DNA from: Octopus sinensis
Lineage: Eukaryota
NCBI RefSeq assembly: GCF_006345805.1
Contig: NC_043004.1
Coordinates: forward strand, 19,654,001 to 19,718,000
Direction: 5' to 3'
DNA length: 64,000 nucleotides
Shown here: positions 25,485 to 38,779 of the stretch, one piece after another
Layout of the letters: each line of letters begins with the position of its first letter
How positions within the stretch are numbered: position 1 is the stretch's first letter
Program-made: the position numbers and the translations under genes
The notes under the pieces: generated by a model
Seen by the model: the letters and a program-made list of their open reading frames with translations, nothing else
What the model was told of the DNA's origin: nothing
The model's database searches: none

Positions 25485-27946
25485 ATGATTAGTCAGTTAT
25501 GTCATTGACGCAGTGTCAAATAGAGACGAAAGGATACTGACGAACTTGGCTGAGTGATTGTTTGGCCGGACAGTTAATCGATTAATTAATCAGTTAAATG
25601 GGTGAAGTGTTGACTAATAATAAGAAAAGAAGTAAGACAGAATCAGTGCGTGTGATTATTATTGGCATAGTGACCATTCCGAGATACACAAAGATCTATT
25701 TTAACGCATAAGTTCACATGAAGAATCTTGCAATTCAAATACAAAATAATCGTTTCACAATTAGAAATCAAAGAGAAGGAACTGTTGATATTGTAGATAC
25801 ATGGTGAAATATTTAAATGAGAAATAGAAATTTCGAAGTTATTTCCTTTTGAAGTTTATTAGTAAAGTGCGTAAGTAAAACTAGATTCTTGGTTAGACTC
25901 ACCAGGAAACATATTTTACGCTGGCTTTTCAGCAGACAATTTACTTATGGACCTAGCATGGCCGAATGTTTACAAATCCACTTGCAATCACTTGGGCAAG
26001 AAACTTTTGCCGTAACCTCAGGCCGATCCCAATCGAGTGAAGTAATTCGGTAGACAGAATCTTTGCAGAAGTCCATAGTATAAATTGTACCTGCAATTCA
26101 AAACTCCACGTCTCTCACACTGTGAAGATTTTATTCTGTTAAAATATTACAATAAGAATGCGCATGTACATGGAATATTCAGGCACTTCCACGCGAATTA
26201 AATGAGTTGGTTTTCAGGTGATCGAACAATTAAACGTTCTTCCTAACCGACTACTAAACTTTTACTTAGGCACAGATACTGTCGAAATATACATATAAAC
26301 ATTCTAAAAGTATTTTAGAAAGTTGTAAATAGTAATTTAGATTTTAAAAGAATAGTACTTTGAAGCTAAAATTAAGAGGTGTGAATATTCTAAATTACAC
26401 GAGTGAAATTAAAACAGAAAATCGATGACTGGTTCCGCGATTCAAATTGCTTAGTAAGTGGATGTAATTTGTAAGTTTACACAACTTACACAATTTACAC
26501 AAGTAATTTGAGTAATCTGAAAACATGGCTTTTGTAATATTTTTTTGTATTAATTTCTTTTAGATACTAAACAGTTTTGGATAAATAGATCATTAAGTCA
26601 ATGTATTCCTATGAATCTGCCTAAACATGTGTTGTAAGAATAGGACACTTAACAAGTAAAGTAACTGAATTCAGCAAAAATAATTGATGTCGTAAGGAAG
26701 AAGAAATAACAATCTTATCACTAATCTACAAAATTGTAGGTGAGAAAATGATGTTAACGGAAGATCGGGAGAAAGAGAAATTGAGTAATACAGAGAGATA
26801 GAGGAAATCTAGCATAGGAGCTAGTGTAGCTAATAGTTAGGGTGTTGCACTCACAATTGCGAGATCATGGTTTTGATTCCCATACCAACTGTGCGTTGGG
26901 CTCTTGAGTAAAACACTTCATTTTACATTACTCTAATCTACTCAGCTACATTTTGAAATACAAAATTTGAGATTTGATTCAGTAGAAAAAAGTTTACATC
27001 AAAATTTGTAGCACGGTTATAGGAGAGTAAGTAACGCCAACAATCAAGTTTAGATCTAAATAACTTTTTTTTTTATTGTGAAAGCAAAATATATTTAACT
27101 TAGCTTTAATGTTAGACCAAAGCATGGGGAATTTCATAGTTTTGGTTCCAAGCAACCAAAATGTGAATAAAAAAAGTTGTGAGATAAAATATCATGAAAA
27201 ATATATAAGTAATGCAAAAATTTGTATTTAAGTATAATTAACTTTTTTTATTTTAAAAATAAACTGTATATTCATGTGCTTGCATGTCCGTGTTTGTGTA
27301 TTTTCTATGTTTGAGTGTGTGTGTGTGTGAGCATGTGTTTGTATATGTATGCATCTTAATTTTAAGAACATGGTACATAGTTGCATAACACACACACACA
27401 TGCATACACAAGGAGACAGAGGTGCATACGAACAGGGACATGCAAGCACATGAATATACAGGATACATACATACAGATGCGCACACACACATATATGCAT
27501 ACATACACATGCATACATACATACACACATACATACGTACATGCATGCATAGGCACACACACACACACACACACTGACCCACACACATGCACACAAACAA
27601 ACAAAAAGGAACGCAGTGTAAATAATGGACAGTGTCAAGTCTATTGAAAAGGTTGCAAGACGCAACCGTAGTTGAATAATGCAGGTATTTTATCAATCTT
27701 TGCTTATGCAGGTGTTATTTCTTTTATGAAGTTATAAGTGGGATGGTCTCTTGTTTGCATAATATTTTGTTTACATTAGTCCCCTCGAATAGCTTTCCAA
27801 TGAATATCACATTCATCCCAGGGAAATTATTATACATGATATAGATATATTTAGAATTAAGTTGAATCATGAAAGAGCTGACTTCCCCAGGCAAACGGAA
27901 TACGATACAGTGTGGGAGAGATATTTGAGGATATATCTAGTAACTT

Positions 27947-27965
27947 AATAATAATAATAATAATG

Positions 27966-28030
<65 letters not shown>

Positions 28031-28058
28031 TAATAATAATATAATAATAATAATAATA

Positions 28059-28089
<31 letters not shown>

Positions 28090-28102
28090 TAATAATAATA
28101 AT

Positions 28103-28133
<31 letters not shown>
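27947..28133. repeat. long (AAT)n microsatellite
   Basis: Direct inspection. Confidence 0.95.
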
Positions 28134-28136
<3 letters not shown>

Positions 28137-28199
28137 CTAATCTAGAAAATGTATTTAAAAAAAAAATGAGCGCGTCCCCTCGATAAACGTTCGTATATT

Positions 28200-29050
28200 A
28201 TTTTATAAATTCACCTTCAGCAAAGCTATGAGTGTGTGACGATATCAATTTAGTCACCCTTTCAACAACTTTTCAAACATTGGAGTTTGTGAGGAGTTTG
28301 GAGAGACATAGTTTGGTGTTATATGATCAATCATAAAGATTATATGACATCCATTCTTGGATGCCGTGCGCAATGTGACAAGGTGATGTGTCTACTTGAA
28401 ACATGTATGGCCTTCAACTGCATACTTCATTCACCAAGTGTTTTGCAACTGTCCCCAGTACTTCAAGTTATGCAGCAGCATTAAAGAAAAAAACAATATG
28501 GGACGCTGTCAAGTGATATGACATGACATTTGTTACTCCTTCTAAAACGATCATAGTTTATGGAAATTTTGTGTATAACACCGGAATCATGGGAATGATC
28601 TGCACATAATGTGTCTTTTCTCCTGAACTTTTTCTCATCAGAAAAGAATCAAAGCATGCTATGTTCTTGATGAATGGGGTCTAAACTTGTTAAATAAATG
28701 CTTGGAACGAATCAAATTGTTTTCCTATTTTTGTAGCTATGAAATGGCCTTATTCTCAGTACACATGGCATGTATCAAATGTCCTTTGGCAGCACAATTC
28801 TGTTACTTCACTCTGACATGTGAAATTTATGGCAATGATATTCATTGATTTTTTGGCTCCTCATTGATATTTTGAATCCATTGGATGAATTCTGGCGTCC
28901 TTGTAGCGTCCGAACGTTTAGAATATTCTTTGCCTTTGATAAAGTTGAAACACTCTTGCCAAAGACTTCCAATTGTATACAAAAGATCTTTAGAAAGTTG
29001 GAAATTTAGAAATCACAACGTAGCGCACATATAGCAAAAACGACAGCATG
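28200..29050 (-). mobile_element. degenerate Tc1/mariner-superfamily transposase, DD37D (maT)-like
   Basis: Minus-strand remnants FFSDEKKF (~28625-28648), LYTKFP (~28561-28578) and DHITPNYVSPNS (~28290-28328) occur in the expected order; many stops and frameshifts. Confidence 0.7.
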
Positions 29051-30604
29051 TCCTTCCGTTTCTTTTGCGAACATTTTATTTGCTATGAAGTGGGGAAGTC
29101 TGAAGAATCAAAAGCCTTCTAGTGGTTTGGAGAGATTATTATACTGCTAATTGTTCTGAAATACTATTGGCGATAAAATTAATAAACTAATAACTTATGG
29201 ATTTCCTGCAACAGTGGGGAGATATCTCTAAAGCGGTTAAAGAAATAATTCCGATACATTTCAAGTAATGAACAAATTCGACTTCTACTTTATCTTATCA
29301 CAGAAGTTATTCGAATATAGATGGACATTATTTACTAATAATATAAACACAAGTTTGTAGAGTGATTTATATTGTTACAAATTGTTAGTTATATTTTGAT
29401 GTAGCTATTCATTTGAATCTAACGGAATACATTTTACGGAGATGTTTTTGGTTTTTCAACATATCAGTTATATATGAAGTTTAAGTAATTCAGTTCACTA
29501 GTATTCTGTATATTTGAAATTCCATTGCTCAACATTGTTCTCTTCTAATACTACACTCAGTTGTCGACGATATTTTTGATACATTTACAGTACTTCGTTT
29601 TGTGAAAACATTATTGGTAGTCTTTTATTACTTTTTCTGTTGCCAATGTTTTCTTTAAACTCATATTTCTACGGTGGATATATGCTTTAAATTATTTTAT
29701 CGGAAAATTCCTACAGGTTGTCAAATCTTATAACATTTCTTCTTTATAACTTTCTTCTTAAAATTGATAGGTTTAGAAGGTATTTGTTCCAGTAACATAG
29801 CAATCTAAAAACTTCTGTAAGATAGTCGAATAGTCGTACCGTTTCTTTATTGTCTCGCAAGAAATACTTTCAATTTTCTTAAAGTGTGTCATTGTGTTTC
29901 AGAGCAAGATAGTTCCTCTACGTAGTTCATTTAACTGTGGGTATAGGAACAGGGAAATAATTTATATATGAAGCAACTGGAAAGGTTTTGTCTCCATGAG
30001 CTCATCCAAATTTGAAGATTATCTATGCATAGGTTTCTGAAACTTTAAATATCGGAATGTGCAACTACAACCATTAAAGTGTATATTAACTCTAGGAAAT
30101 GTGCTGAGTGCACGTTTTACTTTATTCTTAGAAGCATAGTATAAGTAATAATTCTAAATGCTGCTAAACATTTCGTCTGTCTTCATATTCTGAGTCCACA
30201 TGTTTTGTTTGGTATGCTAATGATTCTGTCAGCTCACCGCCTCAATATGTAGCAACGTGTAGGAATCAATATGTAGCAAAGTGGTTAAATATTTATATTA
30301 GTAGAAGGAAGCGTTTGAACGATCAGGCACTTTTCCATTAGTGGAGCTTAAAGTCATTCATCTTTGATTCAAGCTCTTTATATAAATTATGACGTGTGCA
30401 TGTGTGTGTAACATTCATATATATATATATAACTGAAGGATTGAAATTAATAAAAGGACATACTATGTATGTCTACTTGCTGGAAATAACAGTCAAAACT
30501 CTTATTTACATCGCCAAAATACACTGCTGATAACTACAGAAATCAACTGAAGGCAAATCAGGTTAACACAATCTCCCAACGTACATTTAAGTATTTGGAC
30601 TTAC

Positions 30605-30781
30605 GTGGACCGACCAGTTTCTGCACTGGCAAAAATAGCCTTAGCTTCCTCAGCACGCGTTACCATGAAAGAGACTCCCAACCAGTCGTTTTGAAGTCAG
30701 CGCTGCAACTGATTTGTTTTGCAGCCACCAGTGTGAAAAAAATCTCGATATGGAGCAAACAATTCACCAGAAAAATAATCC
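30605..30781 (-). other. candidate 177-bp exon of an unidentified host gene (possible start ATG at 30666)
   Basis: Acceptor ttaactttacAG and consensus donor GTAAGT; not recognised as a repeat. Reads MVTRAEEAKAIFASAETGRS from 30666; no homology identified. Confidence 0.3.
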
Positions 30782-31037
30782 CTGTAAAGTTAATGTGTGA
30801 AGATATCATTAATTCTGTTATTATCTAGTGTAATTATTTAAAAAAATAACAATAACAGAATCAATAATATAGGCAACTGCAGGCCTCCCATAACATTGAA
30901 TAGCTGAAGGATTAAAATCACACACACACACATATATATATATATATGCACACATACATATTCATATATATGTATGAACTCATTAATAAAATAAATCACT
31001 ATTTACTAACTAATTATGATTCTAGATTAATAGAATT

Positions 31038-31126
<89 letters not shown>

Positions 31127-31639
31127 GTATTTATTTATATAAATATGAAATGATTTCTATATTTTCTATCCCTATATAAGTTACTAATATTTATTGAAAT
31201 CCTTTGGAAAATTATCTAAAGGATATTTACTTAAAATTCATAATATGAAATTTTACTGTTAAATGGTAAGGGACATTGAAAACCTCTGGAGCATTAGTAG
31301 TCTCTATTCTCCCTATCCCACTAACTTCAGCCTACTAGCTTTTTGCTATAATACATTCAAATATGTCAAAACTAAATTCCCCCAAATAAGGATGGATTTA
31401 TGGTTTTGACATTTGTACTACCCCTTCCTCTATCTGTAAATAGAAAAATTCTTGTTTAGCTTCATTCGACCAAGAATAAAGAAGCCCCCTCCTCACTAAT
31501 AGATGTAAATAACAAAGTGAACTTAGTGGTAAAATCTACAGATGGAGAACGAACATACTACCATCCTGTTCTTAATGATGAAATTAGCCTCTCTGTCTAT
31601 ATATCTACCCTCTTTGTAATGTTGGCAAATGTATAATAA

Positions 31640-31890
31640 TGTGCATTGTTAGTTTAATTGAAAAATTCTATGTGGCTGAAGATTGCTCGACATTTTAAAA
31701 CTGATGTAATACTTACAGTGTTTAATAAAATGAAGTAGCATGAAGCAATTGTACTACACTACCTTGGATATCTTTGTTGCTCATTTTGATTATAATTACC
31801 CCATTTGATTTATATGGATAATACCATACAAAATTCTGGTGCCTTTAACTTAAGTACCATATTCATCTGAATCTAAATTTTGCTGAACTT
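31640..31890. mobile_element. MITE-like repeat, same family as 14661-14966
   Basis: Shares GCTC(A/G)ACATTTTAAAACTG(A/T)TGTAATACTTACA with 14857-14890; its end is the reverse complement of 14661-14780. Confidence 0.7.
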
Positions 31891-32380
31891 ATACATATAT
31901 ATATACATACATAAGCATATGTGTACATACAAAGAAAAATATACAATTCGGGTAATGTCCTTTCAAAATTAGTGTCTGGATGGCATTAATTATGTTGTTG
32001 ATTAGGGAACATGGTGATCTTTGAACACATATCATAACTGGTTTTACTAAATACGTTACATTTTAAATTTGTCTGCATCAGCGATATGAAAAGTTAACTA
32101 GATTTCCTAAATCTCCACCCGCGACATACTCTATGGTCGTATGTTTTATATTTGCATCTTTCTGTGTCTATCATGTCTCTTTCTCCTATTTTAATCAAAT
32201 GTTTTTTTCATTTCTTTTCCATTTCTGCGTATCTGTCACTCCCACCAATTAGTCCAGTCATATTTCCGTTGTTTTCGTTGCTATTTCTGAATTTGTTTCA
32301 TATTTATCATTACGCTACATTTCTGTTTTACATACTAATACAGTTTCCCTGTTTCCTTTCTCTTCTTTTTCGTATCAATT

Positions 32381-32421
<41 letters not shown>

Positions 32422-33015
32422 TCCTTCTTCCTCTCTCTGTCCTTTCTATCACCTTATCTTTATGTCTCTGATCTTTGTTTTATTCTCAAGCATTATTTGT
32501 ACATACGTTTGACTTCTTTCACTGTCTACACCCTTTTATTTACTTTATCTATATATAGTTCTACATAACTGTTATTTGAATAATGTCCCACTATAATTCA
32601 TTCTCTTGCATCAAGTAATGACTGTGATTATTGATTGAAATTGGCGAAAAGAAAGAATCATATTCTGAGAAAAGAAAGAACGAATATTTTGAGAGTTTAT
32701 CACAGTACAAGCAAATAAAAGGCAACCAAATTAGTAATTAGTGTAACTAAAAAAGTTATTCTTTGTTAATAGCTTAAAGAGTCACATTTAATAAACTTCC
32801 ATCGCTGTATTATATGAACTATGATAACAGATAAGAATTAATGATAAGTTTCTTTAAGAGAATTAGCGAATATACTTTATTGTGTAGAATATTTTTCAAT
32901 CTCTTATCTTCAATATCGTGCACTACAGGTTTATTTTTTCATTGTATTGGCTTGTATCCTAGCTCTAAGTAATTCATAATTTTATAAATGTTTTTTCAGC
33001 ATCGCGTATGTATGC

Positions 33016-33021
<6 letters not shown>

Positions 33022-33048
<27 letters not shown>

Positions 33049-33105
33049 TGTATGTATGTATGTATGTATGTATGTATGTATGTATGTATGTATGTATGTA
33101 TGTAT
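33022..33105. repeat. (TATG)n microsatellite
   Basis: Direct inspection. Confidence 0.95.
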
Positions 33106-33519
33106 GCATGTATGTATGTAAGTGTGTGTGTTTTCATACTCACTGTCATTTTCTTGCTGTTGGTGTTGAAAGGGAAACTGTAATCCTATGTGGTTTAACA
33201 CTTTGTGAGAGAATCAATATTTGTATTTGATTAAGTCAAAAAGTGGTTCTAAATATTGAATAGGTGTAAATATTTGCTTCAGCATATCAGTTGAGAAAGA
33301 CACACAACGTTTGTTGACATTGGCTGTAAATAGTATAATGCTAGAAAGTCTCCTTATTTCACTTCTTTTTTCAGCAAACTACGTCTTCGACAATGATGGC
33401 TGTAATATTTCTTTAACATTTTGGTACCAGGCCAGCCATTTTGGAAACGGAGCTAAGTCGATGAAATCGACCCCAGTGTCTCATTCTCTTGAGTAAAATC
33501 ATCATCATCATCATCACCA

Positions 33520-33950
33520 TCAAGATGGTGACCAGAGAATCGTTAGCACACGGGACAAATTACTTAGCCACATTTCGTCTGTCTTTACGTTCTGAGTTCA
33601 AATTCCTCGGAAGTCGACTTTGTTTTTCATTCTTTGATTGAGGATATCCGTTTAGAGAGACATACAACGTCAATAAAATTGTTAGCTTTGTACCAAAATT
33701 TGAAACCAATATATCTAATGCAATTAAGGCGGCAGGCTGGCAGAATCGTTACTACACTGAGCAAAATGCCTAGCAGCATTTCATCCGTGTCAACAGTCTG
33801 AGTTCAAATTCCGCCGAGCTCGACTTTGCCTTTCATCACATCAGCGTCGTTAAAATACCCTTTAAAGACTGGGGTTGATGTGATCCACTTATCACCTCCC
33901 CCGAAATTGCTGTCTTTGTGCCAAAATTTGAAATCAATATACCTAATGCA
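33520..33950 (+). mobile_element. two tandem SINE family B copies
   Basis: CTGAGTTCAAATTCC at ~33592 and ~33799, each followed by the GACTTTG...TCAT body. Confidence 0.8.
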
Positions 33951-34164
33951 GTTGAGGTAGTCATATAATAGAAGAACTGTTAAAATAATACTTTTTACGT
34001 TTCTGATATAAAACTTTAGGGATTATTAGAAATAAAAATATGAAATTTTATGTCCAAAGACAGCGGATAACTTATCCAATAATATTGCCAAAAAAAGTGG
34101 TTCTTTGTTAGTATTTTAATAATTTTACTTACAATTTTCTTGTAGTGACACAAAAACAGAAACT

Positions 34165-34486
34165 ATATAGATTCTCAAAGTGGGTGCTAACGCACCCTGG
34201 TGGGCGTTGAGACGGTCTAGGTGGGCACTGGTGCCTAAAGAGGTGGTAGAGAAAAAAGAGGCGTTGGGAGGAAGGCAATGGATTGGGGTACACTATGAAT
34301 TTATTATAATAGTATTATAGTATTGTATACAAATTATATATTATATCAAATACCAAATGAGTCATAGCATATACATTAGTAAAATATAAAATATTATTTA
34401 TTTAAACATAAAAATAGGGGTGAAGGAACTGGGGGTATTATGTGGCCATGAGGGTGGTGGTAGTCCAAAATGTCTGAGAACCTCTG
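34165..34486. mobile_element. hAT-type MITE (degenerate)
   Basis: Ends (GA)TTCTCAAAGTGG and TCTGAGAACCTCTG resemble the CAGTGGTTCTCAA / TTGAGAACCACTG TIRs of hAT/Charlie MITEs. Confidence 0.55.
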
Positions 34487-35639
34487 GCTTAGAGTAATAA
34501 ACTAGTGTAGAACTGAAGTGTCGACTGTTAAGTTTGAGTTTAATTCAGCAAAAGAGTGACTGTCACATACTGACATTCTACGAACGAGAAGATTTATGTC
34601 TGTAGCTTAGCACTACGGAAGTAGGAATTGAAATATTGAACTATGTATGTCTTTGGAAAGAAACAGTACTGTTGGTGATGAAGACATTAGACTTTATGAC
34701 AACACTATACATAATGTATCATTACATTTTACGTATCTACGTAATTATTGCCTGTGCATAATCTGCTTCTCATCACATTAAATCATGGACAACTCGCTAC
34801 AAGGTAATCATTGTTGCATTATTATTGACTTATATAAGAATAAACATCACATGTATTATTGGAACAACTTATGCATGTAGAACATGAGATTTTCTAAAGA
34901 ATATCGACCAAATTGAGATATAGAATAATCAATACAATTAGGAATCATACACTGAGAATAGACAGGAAATTGAAATGATAAGTCAATATTTGATGAAGAT
35001 TCCAATTCTGGAAAATAGCTGCAGTGGGAAATAAGGGAAAACAGTAAAAACACCTGGAGTATTCCTATCACTGTTTTGTTATGCTAGAATAGTGCGGCGA
35101 ACAAATACTGTTGTTTGTATTATGGAAACGAAAAATGAAATCCATTGAATTCTGACTCGAAATAGTTTATATTTTATAAACAAAAATTTAGAAAGCAACT
35201 GTATTATGCTACATATGTTTACTCGGTAGGGAGCATTGGGAGGGGGGGGATTCCAACCTCGTTTCGTCGTTCGCTACCTCATCAGCTCCTTTATAGGATC
35301 CAGTGGCTAAAGACATCATTAGGAGGAACCACGTCCGGTTTCAGTCCGTATTCCTCTACCGTTTTTGACGTGACGGCCCCACTTCCTTTTGGTGTCTTCA
35401 GCTCTGATGTTAAGTGGGTTTCTACTTACTCCTTTTTCCTTTTGTTCTTTGGTTTCTTCGATGCAGCGTCAACGAATGTCAGCGGGCGACTGACCATCCC
35501 ACCAAATCTTCAATTAAATACTCGCCGGTAGGCTTCAGCAGCCAGCACCAGCTGTCACGTGATTTTCTTAGCTTCAAATGACCAATGGAGGGGAAGGGCG
35601 TTGTTGGTTGGCAGGTTTAGAGAGCACCCGGAAAGTGAA

Positions 35640-36110
35640 GGTGCGAGGTTCAGTACTTAGGGGTATTCGGCCCACGATCGAAAAGTTATGAGTACGATTC
35701 CTTGCGGAGCGCTGTGTTTTTGAGCAAGGTATTCTATTTCACCTTGCTGCAGTCCAAACAGCTGGTAAAAATGTGTTGTAGCTGTAATTCAAAGGGGCTG
35801 GCCTTGTCACATTCTGAGTGAGGCTGAATCTCCCTGAGAACTACGTTATGGCATGTATGTCTGTAGAGTACTCAGCCACTTGACGCATTAATTTTACGAG
35901 CAGACTGTTCCGTTGATCAGATAAAGAGCAAGGTAATCTATTTCACCTTGCTGCAGTCCATACAGCTGGCAAAAATGAGTTGCAGCTGTAATTCAAAGGG
36001 GCTAGTGATGTCATATTTTGTGTGAGACTGGATCTCTCTGAGAACTACGTTAATTATATGCATGTTCGTGAAATACTCAACCACTTGCGTGTTAATTGTA
36101 TCCTCGTGTG
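35640..36110 (+). mobile_element. SINE (family D) with tandemly duplicated 204-bp body
   Basis: Degenerate tRNA-like head at 35640-35720; GAGCAAGGT...CTATTTCACCTTGCTGCAGTCCA repeats at 35722 and 35926. Confidence 0.75.
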
Positions 36111-38101
36111 GTAATGAGAAGTGAAAGTGACATCCAATATTTGCTGCGTTTAAGTATCGATGTATCAACTTTTCTTTCGATCTATGCATCTCATTTTCTT
36201 GCGATGTGATAAACATTTAAAACTACAAAACGAACATCATCACTACTCATTGTCTCTTTCACTCTCTCTGTTTCTCTCTCACCCTCTCTCTGTTTCTCTC
36301 TTAATTCTCTCTGTCTTACTCTCTCTCTCTCTCTCTCAGACACTTTGTCATTCACAACTTCCTTTAAAATGTGACACACACCACAGATACGTACAAAAAC
36401 AAAAAAAAACTGAGCGTATTAATTTCATTGATATGTATATATATATAAAACAAAGAGTGAGAAAGAGAGAGAGAGAGCACAAACAAGATTGGGATGTTTG
36501 TTCTGAAATTATTTACAATATTCTTTTACATAGGATATCCTGATATCGAACTTTGCCACAGAAAATTGAAGGTGATTACAGTGATGTATGCTGTATTTCA
36601 CACTTTGCTCGTGAAGTGTGCTTTTTTTGCTGTGTTCAAATAATTTCAATAATTTTAAGCTTTAACTGCTATCAATTGTTTAACAACAAACTAAATTATT
36701 ATTATGTAAACAAAATAAAAAAATTTTTCTCATAATAAATCATGAATCATGTGAGGGATTTTATATGTGACTTAGATATAGGCAATATCGTAATCTTGAA
36801 TATTTTACATCTAGAAACATGCTGAGAAATATAATAATAGGTTATAACAACGTTGTCATTATAAGTTTTTAGCCTTTCTAACAGTTGTGTATTCTCTTAT
36901 TATGCCAACTGACAATACTTTTACTGTACGGTTTGGTATACTTCAGTGTGGTATACTTAAGTGTGATAGTGAAAATTTAATGGAAACCATGTATACAAGT
37001 CACATGATTTCTTAGGTTTTAGGGTGCAGTACTGAACTCATCGTTTTCATATAAGTTGTTTAAGCCAGCTTGACAGAACTTATCTGTTTCTAGATTTTAA
37101 TTTGAAATTAAACTAATTTGAAATTAAAATAAGCTAATGCAAGTTAATTAAACGTTTATTCAGGCTACACTGTTATCTATGTTTATATTAGGATGCAGAA
37201 TTACTCGTTAGTACCTACCTGCAACTAAGAATATTTGAATTACATGATTTAACTATATTTACTATGAAGTTTTAATCTTCCGGTTGTATCCTTCTATGTG
37301 TTAATCAGTATCCAGTTGTTTTGGCTCTCTGTAAATCATATGTATCAAATGACTTAACATATCCGCTATTCTATTCAAATCACACGCCTCCCCCATTTCT
37401 TACTTGCTATCTCTATAATAATTCACAATACTCTGAATTAATTACTAATATTTTTCTATAGCTACAAGCATACAAACTGAAGTTGGAATGAACGATCTTT
37501 TGTTGGAATGAAGATTTTTTGAAGCTCAGGTTAAAGTTCATCAACCGTGTATTTGATAACCAACATAATGTTCTAAAAACTGCATCTAAATTATGAAAGA
37601 GTTAACGTATCATTAATGGGGTCTGAATTTGTCTGAGAATCAGAAATAATTGAATATTTAAACAAAAGACTTACTAGAAAGCTCAATAAATGCTTTTAGC
37701 AATTCAATTATTTTCAATTGTCTTAAGCAATGAAAAAACAAAACAAGAATCAACAAAAAATTGTGAATAAATAGTTATTTCAATTTCTACCAGATGCCCA
37801 CTTCTCAATTCGTAGGCAGGAGAGACATATTTATTGAATTGAAGTATGAATCAGTAATTTCACGGTTCAATTCGCAGCATTCATTAAATTACATTCGTGA
37901 CTACTCGAAAGAATTATTTACTTGGATTTTTTGTTCAACATCACTTAAAGAAAACAAAAGAAAGGCTTGCCTCTGTCACGCTCGGTCTTATTACGCACGT
38001 GCCCGCACACACACTCGCACCCACACATACACATGCACTCAAGCTAATAGAAGTACATACAAGTTTTAAAATTATGTACGTGCAAATGAGTTTGTAATTA
38101 T

Positions 38102-38167
<66 letters not shown>

Positions 38168-38779
38168 CATATATACATACATATATATATATGTAGGTAT
38201 GTATACATATATACGTACATAAATACACTCACACATACACATACACACACGCACATATATTAGGGGTTGATGTCGGAAGCAAGCAGTATTAGTACCAAAA
38301 GGTTACTTTTATATCCAACTTAACATAGAATCCTCGAGAGATACTCTCATATTAGCGCTTGACGAGTAAAAGCCCACACATAGATCGTAGCAGAAGATAT
38401 TCCTCTGTCATGGGTACAGGAATTTCAGTATCACGTGATTTCCGCCTATGGGATCTCAGTGAAAAGCACCACTCACCGCATGCCAGTCCAGTAAAATCGC
38501 GATACATCGATATACAGAATTCCAGCATCTTTTCAGACGCTGATGGCCAAATTAGCCACCAGGATTATTAATTATTAATTATTAGTGACGGAAGCAGTAA
38601 TAATATCATAGGGTAATCTTTATATCCAACAAATTTACACGTACACACAGAGACACATACGTGCGCGCCAGCTTCTGTGTACGTTCGCCTACGTGTGCAT
38701 CTGTATATGTAGGTATATATATATACACACACAGACATATAAAGTGAAATATAAAGGGCCTTTTCTACCGTAGTTACTT

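Noticed and set aside
27860-27940. Minus-strand peptide LYRIPFAWG resembling the DOCK C2 motif YRMPFAWA
   Set aside because: Stop codon follows within 8 codons, no good splice sites, and it abuts a microsatellite.
30605-30659. Minus-strand CUGAGGA...GAAA...GUC with 5-bp stem I inside the exon candidate
   Set aside because: No helix directly connects A9 to G12 (15-nt unpaired insert), and an alternative UUUUUGC/GCAGAAA pairing sequesters GAAA; likely chance.
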